This document shows positions 33,086 through 48,570 of a stretch of 64,000 nt of DNA, piece after piece. Source of the DNA: Eledone cirrhosa. Lineage: Eukaryota. The DNA lies in assembly GCA_964016885.1 (NCBI GenBank), contig OZ024743.1:120900001-120964000 (forward strand), in the 5' to 3' direction. The position numbers were made by a program, and so were the translations under genes. Positions within the stretch are counted from its first letter, which is position 1. Every line of letters starts with the position of its first letter. The notes under the pieces are model-generated. The model ran no database searches, had not been told where the DNA came from, and was given only the letters and a program-made list of their open reading frames with translations.

Positions 33086-33479
33086 TTATGTACATATACA
33101 TATATTCATTTATTTATATTTTTATATTTATGCATGTGTGTCTGTATGACAGAGATAGGGAGAGTGACGTTTGGGAGTAAGCAGGTGAATGTGAAAACAT
33201 GAATTAATATATGAATACTATAATTAAACAGGTATATACGCACTTACTCAAAGATAAATTGACAGTTAAATTGATGTATTCTTCTTTCGTTCCGTAACTC
33301 CTGAGGGTGTCGTAAGGCAACCGTATTACGACGTTTTTAGGGCATTTTAAAACCTGGTAGATACTATCCCGACCTGTCCTCTCTCCAGGTCTGAATACAG
33401 CAGATTTCTTCCAGAGATAGATAGAGCGTGATAGACAGAAATGAAAAGAGAAAGCGATGCAGAGGAAGAATCGATCCCA

Positions 33480-33607
33480 GACTAGTACTTTTTTTTATCG
33501 AACTCGAAAGGATGAAAGGCAAATTTGAACTCAAAGAACAGATATCCGAAACGACTAACGCATACCATTTTATCCGATGTTCTAACGTCTCTGCCAATTG
33601 ACCGCCT
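33480..33607 (-). mobile_element. Diverged SINE family 1 relative
   Basis: GTACTT..TTTTATCGA..AAGGATGAAAGGCAAA..TTGAACTCA..CTGCCAAT..ACCGCC. Confidence 0.65.
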
Positions 33608-33976
33608 TAAATTGTTATATATGCATAATATTGCATACATAAGATAAGTATAATATTTACGAGTAGCAAATATCATAAAGAAAATATAATTTACGGCGCT
33701 TTAAATTTTTATATTCTTGTAGATGTGGAATACTACCACAACTGTTTAAATTCTAAGTTGAGGATATTTATATAATAGAAATATAAAGACAAAAATTGCT
33801 TGTAACACGGTTGAAGCCTTATACCTGAGTAAACAAAATCAGCGAGAATGCACATCACAAGCATTTTACGAGCCAAGAATTCATTTATTTAATTTTCCAC
33901 TCATGTTGGACACACCGATATCCTGACTAGGAACATAAAACTATATTAGGTAGACGCATATTAATAATGCATATAC

Positions 33977-34175
33977 AGTAATTACAAATTCTTCTAGAAG
34001 TACAATTGTATGAAATATCTAGGACAACTCAAAAGGGTTTGGTATATGTTAAATAATTCTATAAGTGTTTCTATAAAGTAATTACAAATTCTTCTACAAG
34101 TAGAATTGTATGAAATATCTAGCATAACACAAAAGGGTTTGGTGTATGTATAATAATTCGAGAAGTGTTTCTAAA
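33977..34175. repeat. Two-copy ~100 bp tandem duplication
   Basis: AGTAATTACAAATTCTTCTA...AAAAGGGTTTGGT...AAGTGTTTCTA repeated at 33978 and 34078. Confidence 0.85.
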
Positions 34176-34292
34176 GTTATATTTAAAATATATACATGAA
34201 AATCTACACATATATGCAGTTACGCAAACGAAACAAAAGCAGCATAGGTATATTGATATATATTTATGCATGATGCATTCTATGTACAGATA

Positions 34293-34394
<102 letters not shown>

Positions 34395-34623
34395 CACACA
34401 TGAATCAAGCTATCGAAACGGTCGGATATCAGGCGTCGGGGTCCTGACCCCCCCCATCACACACACATAAATATATATAGATGCGTGTGTGTTTGCGTGT
34501 GTGTATATATATATGTATCTATATACATGGTAGATCCTATGTATGTATATATATATATATATATATATGCTTGTATATGTATATTTATATATATATATAT
34601 ATATATGCTTGTATATGTATATA

Positions 34624-34654
<31 letters not shown>

Positions 34655-34671
34655 GCTTGTATATGTATATA

Positions 34672-34702
<31 letters not shown>

Positions 34703-34761
34703 GCTTGTATATGTGTGTATATATATATGGTTGTATATGTGTGTATATATATATATATGGT

Positions 34762-34814
<53 letters not shown>

Positions 34815-35227
34815 TTGTATATATATATATATATATATATATAGATATATATATATACGTCTATAAATACACACACACACACACATATATATATATTTAT
34901 ATATATATATATATGTATGTGTATATGCATAGAGGTAAATGCATAAAAATTACTTTTGAAAAGCATAAGAAATGCTCAAACGGTAAATATTTAAAACTAA
35001 AACTGAATACTAACTAAAACATATTACTAATTTATACTTATTCCTAATTAAACTATTTTTCACTGGGAAAAATTTGTCAGCATTTTCTTTTCCTTTTTAC
35101 TAATATATATATATGTATATATATATTAGTAAAAAGGAAAAGAAAATGCTGACAAATCAACTTTTTAAATGGAAGTTGAAGTTGTAAGGTATGTCAAATC
35201 TATCTATTTATAAGACTGTTTATATTG

Positions 35228-35293
35228 TATTTTGTCTGAAGAAGGCATACCATATTTTTAATATGATATCCCTGAAATATATATAATGAAATA
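35228..35293 (+). ncRNA. Minimal type I hammerhead motif in a family C half-element (about 35190-35422, with tail)
   Basis: TATTTTGT-CTGAAGA-AGGCATACCATATT..AATATGATATCCCT-GAAA-TATATA-TA^ATGAAATA. Confidence 0.72.
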
Positions 35294-35770
35294 AATATGG
35301 TTTTATAAATATAGTTTCCATTTATTTAATATCGTAAATATACTCCAAATACTTGTTGAGTGCTTTTATATCAGTTATAAATATTTACTCGTTGTAACCC
35401 AACAATTTAAATAAAACTTTGCATATATATGTATATATATATTTGTGTGTGTGTATACAAATTTAGTTATTTGCCTAATTTAATAATAACTTCGGGTTTC
35501 CCGCCCTTAGAACTATCCTATGCTTTCAAGATTCTACCCAGATGTACTACACTCTTTATATTGCTGACTGATGATTTGGGTTAAACAAACGTGCACAGAT
35601 TAAGTACCTATATTTGTCACTGTTGTAACTCCTATCATGTACTGAGTGCTCCAAACCCTATTATATCTATAGCAAATGTATACTACAATATGTATATAAA
35701 TATACATATATAAATATATATATATATATTGTGGTACAAATTCGGTATAAATATACATGTATATATATAT

Positions 35771-35828
<58 letters not shown>

Positions 35829-36002
35829 GTGAGGTTTTTTTTTACAAAATGAAAAATAAATGTGAGAAAAACCACAGACCCTCCATCTCAACTCACCTTT
35901 TGAAAAGCAGAAGAACTGCGAAACCGGTAAAGGAACCAAATAAATATATATATTTAAAAAAAAAATAAGACTCCAGTTGCATTTTCGATTTCATCTCTTT
36001 TT

Positions 36003-36049
<47 letters not shown>

Positions 36050-36708
36050 TATAAGTGTGTGTCTGTGTATGTATGTACAGGTAGTAGCAATAACATAGCA
36101 TGAGACATAATCTAGGTGCTTATAAAGATATATGCTGTATGCAGAATGGTATGATCAGACGGTCATACTGTTAGTATAGTGAACAGATATTTTAAAGCTA
36201 AGGTTATTGTATTGTTGTGTTACTCCCTTACTTTAATTACATTATATGGGTGTGTGGTGCCGTGGAAATGGTACGTCATTGATTTGATGTCTCCACCTGA
36301 AACGAACCTCTGCCTGTGTTTTGGTTCTGTTAGTTGAAATTAGGACAGCTGCCACAGTTCTTATATTTTTTCTATGGATATGTATATGTGTGTGTGTATA
36401 TATATATATATGAGTATATATATATATATATATATAGCAACAAAATGTGTGGGCGTGTGGTAAAATATCGGTGGATGTGAACAAAGAAAATGGAAAACAG
36501 TGCTCAATCATGGATGAGATCTGATAAAGTATATAGTACACAAATATGGTCAAAATTGGGTCTTGAAAACGTAGGTAGTGCTTTTGTTTCGTGTATGAAC
36601 ATAAACAGACAAATTATATATATATATATATATAAGTAGTAACACAACAGTCAGTTCACCGTACATAGCACAATTGTTTCACCTTATATATATATATATA
36701 TGTCTGTG

Positions 36709-36760
<52 letters not shown>

Positions 36761-36766
<6 letters not shown>

Positions 36767-37305
36767 ATACTTTGGGAGGGTCATGTTGCCAATAAGAAAC
36801 ACACGCACCAGTAATTTCACTCCAATTTATTATAAATTATATTATAAATTTAAGAAATTTATAAATTTCCGGTTGGTTGGTTGGTTGGTTCCACAACCGG
36901 ACGGTTGTTGATATATTGTCAAAGTTCTTTCGTCACACATTCTATGACCTCATCAATGACCAGGGATTCTTTTCTTTGTTTTGTGCCTCTCCTATCCTAT
37001 GCTTTCAAGATTCTACACGGACAATATGGCGTAGGACAGAACAAAGCAGAGGCACAAAACATAGAAAAGAATCCCCAGTCACTGAAGATGTCACAGAATG
37101 TGTGACGGAAGAACTTTGACAATATATGAACAATCATCTGGTTGTGGAACCAGCCAACCAACCAGCCGGAAATTTATAATAAATTGAAGTGAAAGCAACT
37201 GGTGCGTGTGTTTCTTATTGGCAACATGAACCTCCCAAAGTATAACAATATCGGTTTCTACACACGTTTACATATAAAGAATCTGACTAAACAAATTCAG
37301 ATACG

Positions 37306-37308
<3 letters not shown>
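36761..37308 (+). mobile_element. Fold-back element family B: ~230 bp arms plus ~58 bp tail, hammerhead-like core in each arm
   Basis: ATTGTTATACTTTGGGAGGGTCATGTTGCC...GGCAACATGAACCTCCCAAAGTATAACAAT. + arm: GTCA-CTGAAGA-TGTCAC..GTGACG-GAAG-AACTT-TGAC (37078-37120). - arm: GTCA-TTGATGA-GGTCAT..GTGAC-GAAA-GAACTT-TGAC. Confidence 0.85.
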
Positions 37309-37400
<92 letters not shown>

Positions 37401-37432
37401 CAATGTATATATATATATTTATTTATACAATG

Positions 37433-37465
<33 letters not shown>

Positions 37466-38159
37466 TAACATATATATATCAACCAAGGCTACCTTGGTGC
37501 GCTTTCATGAGATAAAATACAAAGTGTGTTTTATAAATATAGACGTTTCCATGATAATCAAACCTTATCGGCGGGAAATTCACTGGATAGTCATTTTTGT
37601 TTGTCGGAATTCCAAAATAAATTTTGAAAAATAAATCTTCCCATCACGTCATCCGCATTTCGTTTTCTTTGCACTGCATGGTTCTGCATCATTTCAACCT
37701 TTTCCATTGTACTGCATGTTTTCTTTCGATTCTTGCACCTTTATTTATTCATAAATAACATAATTGAAAATATAAATCTTTAATTGTATTGCATTATAAT
37801 CTATCATATTATGTGAAGCGAAGTATTATCCAAATAGTTAAAGGGGAAAAATACCTTTCCCACTATTCTATATTTTTGTCGAATACAACATAAACAATAT
37901 TTCATTTCTTGGCTCAACTAACTGATGTGTAATGGATGTAAACACACATTCGAAGAAGAGGGCATTGTATTCAGGCAAACCATAATAGACAACATTATGT
38001 TTTATTTTATTTTCTATATCCCTTAAGAATATATATGTCCATATATGTATATATATATATATATGTATTTATATATATGCATATATATATACATAGATAT
38101 AGACACACATACAAAAATAAAATTTCACGCACCCACCCACACACACACACATACATATG

Positions 38160-38206
<47 letters not shown>

Positions 38207-38208
<2 letters not shown>

Positions 38209-38471
38209 GCACGTGACCTAGTGAAAGAGTGTTGGACTAACGATCGTAATGTCGTGGGTTCGATTCCTGGGTTGCGTGTTGTATTCTTGACCAAAACACT
38301 TAATTTCACGTTGATCCATGATGCTCAGCTGAAAATGAGTATCAGCAATAGTTGGGGGTTTAACCCTGCGATGGACTGGCGTCCTATCCAGGGGGGAGCC
38401 TTGTACTCTCAGTCGCTTCACGCCATGCAACCGGGATAAGCACCGACCAAATGAGCCTTCTGGGTTAAGAC

Positions 38472-38479
<8 letters not shown>
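38207..38479 (+). mobile_element. SINE family 2, full length, in (TA)n
   Basis: tRNA-like head GGCACGTGACCTAGTG..GGTTCGATTCC; body matches the copy at 20083. Confidence 0.88.
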
Positions 38480-38555
<76 letters not shown>

Positions 38556-38585
38556 GATAGAGAGAGAGAGGGAGAGAGAGAGAGA

Positions 38586-38770
38586 GAAATAATGGCTTCT
38601 AAATGACTAGAAATTTCCTGATGATTTCTTCTGAATGAGTGAGTTCTAGTCCCGTAGAAGACATTTCTAAATCAAACTTGATGTTTACACTCTATTAATG
38701 TATTGAGTGCCTTACTAACTGCGGTTACTCCTAATTAAACCCAGGAATCACGCAAATACCCCCCACACAT
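38586..38770 (+). mobile_element. Small fold-back element family F plus tail (fragments also at 19370-19590)
   Basis: AATGGCTTCTA..ACTAGAA / TTCTAGT..TAGAAGACATT arms with an internal CTGATGA. The tail has ACTCTA..TTGAGTGC and GGTTACTCC..AACCC shared with 19540-19580. Confidence 0.6.
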
Positions 38771-38799
38771 GCGTACACATATATACATACATACATACA

Positions 38800-38833
<34 letters not shown>

Positions 38834-40114
38834 CCACCTTCATTTTGCTTTCCCTCCTCCCGAGCTCGATCAAACAGAAACCAGTATTCAACTCGGGAGT
38901 GTTGCCGCGCAACATGAGATCACTGTGTGTCAGATTAAACAAGTAAGCGAATTATATTTGTGTGAGTCTGTCTATTATAGTAAACAACATCTCTCAATAT
39001 TGTATAGCAATCTGGAACAAAACGATCAATTGATTTGTGCAATAAGATTTATTTCATGTTAATTTTTTCTACCTTACTGCAAAGCAAGCATACTTTTCTC
39101 CTCAGTTGTGCACATCGCTTTGCCTCCCTCTCGTACTCAAAACTCATGCTTATTGATGCAGTGAAAAAGGTAAATGTCATACAATGGGTTGTTGGAAATA
39201 AGCGATAATCCTGGGTTTGGGATTTCAAAAGTGTATCTTGGCTTGTCAAATGTCCACACAACCACATGCACGCTGAAACACAATCACACAAGTAGAATTG
39301 CATGTATATATATCATGCACACACATATATACACCCCATATATATATATATATATATATACGTGTGTGTATGTGTGTGTATCAGCAAGTGTATACATGTA
39401 ATATTAAATAGAAATGTCAGAGGGCAGTTTTAAGAAAGGATATAATAAGCACATCTCTAACAATGACAATCGCAGTTTAATCTAGTCGTTGAAATAGATA
39501 AATTGGGACTAGAGCACGAAATGGATGTTTCTGAAAATATCGAGACGTTACATGAACAGCAGCAATACCTGTAACGTATGTATTATTGATTAATTCTGAT
39601 ACAAAGCAACCAGACGTGTTCTTTTGGAAATGCAGCGACGAATGAAAATACACATTGTTAAACAAAGCCTGGATCTGATAATCTGAATTATACATTAATG
39701 AAGTTGCTCACAAATGAATACATGTTATCATAGGAAAGTACCATAGGTTCTTGCCAGGCTGAGCACATATTAATTTTCACTTTTGCACCTTGCACAGCGT
39801 TCGTAATTTATGCGCATACTTAAGCTCGAGTATGCACGTAAATCCATACGCGCAAATTAACACAGGAAGCATCCATACACATATGTTTGTGTGTTTGTTG
39901 AAAATATATATACCGCAATGCCGGTGCCTCAGCATGTCCTCAGCTAGTCTACTGGAACAGGTAAAGCAAAGTGTAGACGAGTATATATATATATATATAT
40001 ATGTATACAGGAAGATTTTTGTGTATATGTGTGTTTGAGTGAGAATGTATGTGTGGATGTGTGTGTTTGTGCAGGTGTGGTTATTGTGTATGCGTGTATA
40101 TATATATATATATC

Positions 40115-40145
<31 letters not shown>

Positions 40146-40632
40146 AAATGAAGATTTGGCTTTATGCTTAATCCAAATGGGTGTGCCGATATACATATAT
40201 GTATCGATGTCTGTAATATTACATTCTAATCTATGAATGTATTTAGATCGGTAAGTGATGCGCGAGGGTAATGATGTGTTCCGCGAATGTTTATATAAGC
40301 AGCCGTGCCTCTATTCGTATATATATGTGTATGTCTGTGAGCGCTATTACCCGCGAGCATGCGTAGACATTTGACAAGCTAAGAGGGATTCTGAAGCAAA
40401 CATAGAAAAATAAAAGAGCTTACGCATTTTCGAAGGTTTCCGCAGTTTGGAAATCATTGTTTATCTTTTTATCACTGCACCAATTGGCATTCGATATTAT
40501 TATGAGAGGACAGTAATGTTTTGAGTATACATGGAGATTGGAGTATGTTCACTTAGTTCTAATGCAGAATAAAATGGTCATGAAACAACATACTTTCTAA
40601 GCATGGTGTAACAATTTGTTTCTGATCGATTG

Positions 40633-40674
<42 letters not shown>

Positions 40675-40689
40675 AATACATATACATAT

Positions 40690-40772
<83 letters not shown>

Positions 40773-41392
40773 TACAAATACATATATATATATATGTGTT
40801 TCTCTCTTTCTCTCTTACTGCTCCCTCGTTCTCTCTGTTTCTCTTACTTTCTTTCGTCCCCTCTGTCATGTCAGTTAACACTTTCTCTCTACTGACCTCT
40901 TCCTCGCACTCCCACTCACTCAGTCTCTGTTTCTCTCCTTCTTTCTTCCTCCCGTTCGCTGTGAAAACGGTTTTCCTTCTTTCTAACACCGGATTCACTA
41001 GCGAAAGGTCTGTTTTCTGACTCGCTCATATATTCACACAGCTTATGCTGAAAGAATAACTATGTTGCTTGTGTTTATTTCCATCTTCGGTTAGCTTCCC
41101 CCTGTGTTGTTTACTTGTCTCACTCGCTTTACGCGTTTCTATTGTCCTAATAACTTATTTTAGTTATTATCGCTCCAACGAGAGGTATATGATTTTTAAT
41201 GCGATGAAATACCCATGATCGTTTGGTAAATCACTGATGAGGGACTCATTTTATAACATGTTATCCATGTGCAACCAGCAGTATTCTTCTCACCCATATT
41301 TTTCATATATATATATATATATATATATACATACATACATATATATATACATTTATAGGTATACATTTATATATATATATATATATAAATAC

Positions 41393-41427
<35 letters not shown>

Positions 41428-41456
41428 TATAAATACATATATATATAGATATATAA

Positions 41457-41559
<103 letters not shown>

Positions 41560-41638
41560 AATACATATAAATATATATATATAAATACATATATACATAT
41601 ATATATATATATAAATACATATAAATATATATATATAA

Positions 41639-41709
<71 letters not shown>

Positions 41710-41742
41710 CATATAAATATATATATATACATATATAAATAC

Positions 41743-41787
<45 letters not shown>

Positions 41788-41837
41788 TATATATATATGT
41801 ATGTATATATATACATATATATATATAAACACACATA

Positions 41838-41913
<76 letters not shown>

Positions 41914-41924
41914 CATACATACAT

Positions 41925-42295
41925 CTATATCTCTATATCTAGGGCGGGTAAAATTCCCAAGATATTGGACAAGTTCTCTCCATCTGTCTCTGTCCCTCAT
42001 TATCGCGTGCCATGTCCTATGCCCCAACAGATCAGTGTCTGTCCTTAGGGTATCGACATATGTTAACCTTGGTCTTCCTCTTCCACTGTGTCCATGCAGG
42101 GGCTCCCACAGGAGCACTGAGTGCAGTATCAATTCTGGATGTCGGTGAGCATGTCCAGCTAACCTCAGTCTCATCTGTGTCACTTTTAAGCCGACTTTTG
42201 GGAGGCTCCCATACAGCTCTGAGTTGTTCATCCTCAGTGTATACTGATTAATGTTCAGAGCCATCCTCAGCAATCTCGTGTAGCAGCCATTCCAT
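41925..42295 (-). mobile_element. RTE/RTEX-like LINE 3' end in (TA)n
   Basis: [13 protein letters not shown]...[23 protein letters not shown]...[11 protein letters not shown] in an open frame. Confidence 0.85.
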
Positions 42296-42373
42296 ACATA
42301 CATGTATATATATACATATATAAATATATATATATATATACATATATAAATATATACATATATATATATACAT

Positions 42374-42451
<78 letters not shown>

Positions 42452-42530
42452 CTCAAAAGCATATATATGTTATGTTATATTATACCATATATATAAATAG
42501 ATGGACACACACACATATATATATATATAT

Positions 42531-42784
42531 AACGAAGGAAATGTGGTAAGGAAGCAGATGGACCATAACGCACCAAAGTACTCAATACTTAGGGTAGTAG
42601 AGTGGGTAATAGGAACGAGTAGGACCCCGACGGCTGAGCTCAAGCCGTTTCGACGGCTAATTCTGGACTAAAATAAAATATATATATATATATTTCAAAA
42701 AAATCATTTTTTAAATTTTTTTTAGTCCAGAATTAGCCGTCGAAACGGCTTGAGCTCAGCCGTCGGGCTCCTACTCGTTCCTAT
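42531..42784 (-). mobile_element. Fold-back element family A in reverse orientation, with an AT-rich central spacer
   Basis: The reverse complement of the tail precedes the same arms as the copies at 10591 and 23743. Confidence 0.88.
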
Positions 42785-42804
42785 ACATATATATATATAA
42801 ATAC

Positions 42805-42883
<79 letters not shown>

Positions 42884-42924
42884 TATATATGTATATATGT
42901 ATATATATATATATATAAATATAT

Positions 42925-43260
42925 ATACAACTTCATGTTCCTGCAGCCAGTCGTTGGGGTGCCACTCTAGACGCTTTTGCGATCAGTTGTCAACATTCAT
43001 CTTTCTTCTCGATCATACGTAGAAGGGTTTCAGTGTTGTGACCAGTATTTTCTTTGTTTGCATTTTCTTTTCCTTCCCTCGACTGTGACCTGAAGTGTGG
43101 CTTTCGCCAAGGTGTTTTGTGTCGGATATAAGACCATACCAGGTTCTCTCTTTTCATTATCGCAAGAAGTGGAATCGGTCTGCGAACATATTTGCTGCCT
43201 AACAAATCTGTTTGCTTTGAGCTCCATGTAGGGAATCTGTAGCATCCTCCTGAAGCAGTA
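42925..43260 (-). mobile_element. Decayed RTE LINE 3' fragment
   Basis: RMLQIPYME.KAN.FVRQQI and TLAKATLQVTVEGRKRK motifs. Confidence 0.65.
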
Positions 43261-43268
43261 GTGTTTAA

Positions 43269-43306
<38 letters not shown>

Positions 43307-43402
43307 CGTTTCTGAATTTGTTTATTATTGGCAACATGACCCTCTCAAAGTATAACAATATACTGTATATATATACATATATGGATACATATATGTATAA
43401 AT

Positions 43403-43475
<73 letters not shown>

Positions 43476-43489
43476 TAAGTATACATAGA

Positions 43490-44110
43490 TTTAATGGGAT
43501 ATAACCTGTGTTATTTTCGACGGTTATCCGACAAGGTCGTTGCAATAGACATCAGAGATTATGCTGCTCGTAGTAAACATTACATTTCTAGTCTCACAGA
43601 GACGCTCAGAAAAGCCTTATGGCGCACTCTCTTTATCAACTCTCGATCGCTTGCGCTTGACATTCAAACTTAGACACCATTTTGCATCACCTTTAACAAT
43701 GGCTGTGCCATCATAAAACACCAGAGAATTCGCAACTGCACGACCGTTATTCACGATTACGTTCAGGCAGATTATGGGGTACATATTGGTCCAGTTTGGT
43801 CACTTTCCATATTTCATGCAAATGATTGATAAAAGATTGTTTTCGACCACACAAGTACTTCGGAGTTATGTTTGGCGAAGGTCGGCTTCCACCAGCTCAC
43901 ACTTTTATTTGTCATTAATGTTCAAAATTGTAATCACAAGAATGGAAGCCTGCGAATCAGATCCTTGCGCAGCATTCAGTCAGGGTGTGTGACATAAATG
44001 CACTGCTAATGTGATGAATCGATGCTGCTGCACTTAGGTTACATTTAAATTCATAAAGTAAACTGCCACTAATAAACGTTTGAATGGAACCATGTTACTT
44101 CTCCCATGAC
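43490..44110 (-). pseudogene. Mariner transposase relic
   Basis: Minus-strand translation gives LLYEFKCNLSAAA (N-terminal HTH), HLHEIWKVTKLDQYVPHNL (WVPHEL motif) and AIVKGDAKWCLSLNVKRKR (TGDEKW, first catalytic Asp), with stops and frameshifts. Confidence 0.8.
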
Positions 44111-44215
44111 GGCGTAAAAATAAATAATAAATGCACGTAGTGCGCATAAGCGACCTTCAACATTTCAGGAAATCTCTACCACATAACCTTCTTTTGAAAA
44201 CCAGCAGGAACTGAC

Positions 44216-44282
<67 letters not shown>

Positions 44283-44329
44283 TTATACACATATATATAT
44301 TTTTATATATATATATATACATACACACA

Positions 44330-44371
<42 letters not shown>

Positions 44372-44413
44372 CACATATATATATTTATATATATATATAT
44401 ATACATACACACA

Positions 44414-44453
<40 letters not shown>

Positions 44454-44540
44454 CACACTCATATATATATATATATATACATATATATATACATATATAT
44501 ATATATATACACACATATATATATATATACATACATTCTT

Positions 44541-44609
<69 letters not shown>

Positions 44610-44723
44610 CATATATATATATACATATATATATATACATACATATATATATACATATATCTAAATATATATATATATACATACTCATATCTATATATAT
44701 ATATATATATATACATACATACA

Positions 44724-44828
<105 letters not shown>

Positions 44829-44839
44829 GCATATATATA

Positions 44840-45047
44840 GTGGAAGAACACTGTAAGGTAATATCCGTAGTGGTAGAGCACTCAGTCAATGGGACGAGTT
44901 AGGTAGAGGTGGTTACACAACAGTTAGTTCACCATACCGAGAACAATTGTTTCACCTTAGCAGATCCTGTCCATTACGAGCTGAGGATCCGCTAAGGTGA
45001 ACAATTGTTCTCGGTATGGTGAACTAACTGTTGTGTAACCACTTTTA
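44840..45047 (-). mobile_element. Fold-back element family G plus tail, with hammerhead core (partial copy at 36634-36686)
   Basis: Arms at 44907-44968 and 44984-45042. + strand reads CGAG-CTGAGGA-TCCGCTAAGGT-GAAC-AATT-GTT-CTCG, and the other arm retains GAAAC. The tail has ACTC..GAGTGC on the minus strand. Confidence 0.78.
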
Positions 45048-45142
45048 CATATATACATATATATATATATACATATATATATATATGCATATATAAATAT
45101 ACATATATATATATATATACATATATATATATGCATATATAA

Positions 45143-45203
<61 letters not shown>

Positions 45204-45204
45204 C

Positions 45205-45235
<31 letters not shown>

Positions 45236-45316
45236 CATACATATATATATACATATATATATATATATACATACATATATATATAGACATATATATATAT
45301 ACATATATATATATAC

Positions 45317-45579
<263 letters not shown>

Positions 45580-45614
45580 TACACATATATATATATGTGT
45601 ATAGATATATGTAT

Positions 45615-46197
45615 ATGTGAGCTGGCTAGCAGTTGTTTCATTACCCAGTCGTAGTGGTGTAGCAGCTGTATAAGGCGGAAGCCATGCTGCTTGCTAGTCA
45701 GGCGGTGATTTTCCTCGAGGAAAGTGATCAGCTTTTTTTTTGCGACTCTCTCCATGACTTTATGCGACGTCAGGAAGACTGGCCTGTAGTTTTTGACTTC
45801 CTCTCTGCTACCTCCTTTATGGATAGGGCATATTGTGCCTTCTTTCAGCTCCTTGGTAGTATACCGCTAGCCAAGGAGCTTCTGAAGAGCATCATCAGTG
45901 GAGTTGCTAAGGCCCGCTTACGTGGTTTTAAGAGGACTGCTGGGAATCCATCAGGTCCAGCAGCTGAGTCTGTTCTAATTTCATCTATGGCGTATACAAC
46001 ATCCTCCTCCGTTATGTCTATGTGGTTGATGGTCGCCATTTCGCCATGTAGTGTTGTGGTATCAAATAACTCCTCTGGCGTTGTTATTTGCATGTGCCTC
46101 AGTGGACATGTGAATACACTTTTGTACTGTTCGTTCAGTATTTCACATATCTCTTTGGGATTCTCGGTTAATGAACCGTCTGTATGGAAGAGTGGCC

Positions 46198-46200
<3 letters not shown>
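45615..46200 (-). mobile_element. CR1/Jockey-group LINE ORF2 fragment (start of RT)
   Basis: [30 protein letters not shown]...[10 protein letters not shown] and [27 protein letters not shown]. Confidence 0.88.
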
Positions 46201-46228
<28 letters not shown>

Positions 46229-46263
46229 GTGTGTCTGTATATATATATGTGTATATATATATG

Positions 46264-46328
<65 letters not shown>

Positions 46329-46332
46329 ACAA

Positions 46333-46363
<31 letters not shown>

Positions 46364-46395
46364 AATATATATATATGTATATATATATATGTATA

Positions 46396-46432
<37 letters not shown>

Positions 46433-46475
46433 TTATGTATATATGTATATATATGTATATATGTATATATCTATA

Positions 46476-46645
<170 letters not shown>

Positions 46646-46667
46646 TGTATGTGTGTGTATATATATA

Positions 46668-46809
46668 TAACTGAAGAGGTGACATAATGTGTGACGAAAG
46701 AACTTTGACAATATATAAATTCCAAAATTTATTAATTTATTATAATAAATTGAAGTGAAAGCAGCTGGTGCGTCTGTTTCTTATTGGCAACATGACCCTC
46801 CCAAAGTAT

Positions 46810-46810
<1 letters not shown>
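46668..46810 (+). mobile_element. Family B half-element with intact hammerhead core nucleotides
   Basis: CTGAAGA-GGTGAC..GTGAC-GAAA-GAACTTTGAC followed by the family B terminal arm. Confidence 0.75.
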
Positions 46811-46880
<70 letters not shown>

Positions 46881-47128
46881 GATATATATATATATATGTA
46901 TATACATACATATATATATATATTTATATTCATATACATATATATATATATTTATATATATATATATATATATAAAAATATATATACATATATATATATA
47001 TAAAAATATATATATATATGTATATACATATACATATATATATATATATGTATGTATATACATATACATATATATATCTATATATGTATATATATATGTA
47101 TATATATATATATACATATATATATGTT

Positions 47129-47223
<95 letters not shown>

Positions 47224-47325
47224 GTATATATATATACATATATGTATATATATATACATATATATATATACATATATATATATATACAAATATATATATA
47301 CATATATGTATACATATATATATAT

Positions 47326-47378
<53 letters not shown>

Positions 47379-47417
47379 CAAATATATATATACATATATG
47401 TATACATATATATATAT

Positions 47418-47604
<187 letters not shown>

Positions 47605-47789
47605 TATATATAAATATATATATTAAATCAGTATAAGTCAGAAAGGCTAAAATAAGTTAGTCTCACTCATATAAAGTGGTACTAACTTATTTCAGTCTTC
47701 CACGCTTATACTCCCTTATATAGACTGTTGTGGGCCTTAAGTGTAATAAGTAATATTGCTTTTCGTTGAGATGCATAAGTATTAGAGAC

Positions 47790-48570
47790 TAATAGCCCTT
47801 TGATAACAAGTGGCGTGCCCCAGGTAACTGTCATGTGGCCAGCATTGTTTATTGTGGATCTTCCAGCTATGTCCACAGTAATACAGAATGCATCCCATAC
47901 TAGTTATGCTGATGACACTAAAGTAGCGCGGGCTATCAAAAAACCGGCTCTGCTACTACTACTCTCTTGCACCAAGATTTAGATGCCATATACAAATGGG
48001 CTGAGGACAACAATATGCAATTTAATGCCAGGAAATGTCAAGCTCTCCGTTACCAACCCGCAAACACAAGGTCACGACAACAACGCTACACCGGACCAGG
48101 AGGAATCGAAATCCACACGTTGAAATCAATACAGACCAGGATATTAATATGAATAATGTTGCACCGTTTGCTGTACACGTCACCGAATTAAAGGCAATGT
48201 GCAGAGAATTAGCTGGTTGAATTCTTAGTACTTTCAATTCAAGGGACCGGTATCCATGCTGGTCTTTTGGAGGTATTTTGTCCCACGTCGATTGGACTAT
48301 TGTAAAACTAATCAAAGAACCTGATTCTATCGAGCGAAGCTATACCAAGAATATTGCCTGAAAGTGGGTATGTTGCAGCTGCCCTTTTCCTCGTGCTGTA
48401 GGTTCATCCGGAATCTTGGTTAACAGAACCTCGAAATGTTTCTTGAAAATATCTACATTCACACCATATAAATCTCTCAGATCTTTTGCACCTTAAAAGT
48501 ACTATAATAGACTGGGGTTCAAAGGACCCCAGCTCTTTAATAGGCTTCTAAAATATCTGAGAGCCACAGG
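47790..48570 (+). mobile_element. CR1/Jockey-group LINE RT C-terminal fragment
   Basis: SGVPQ, YADDTKV and QDLDAIYKWAEDNNMQFNARKC motifs; frameshifted. Confidence 0.88.
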
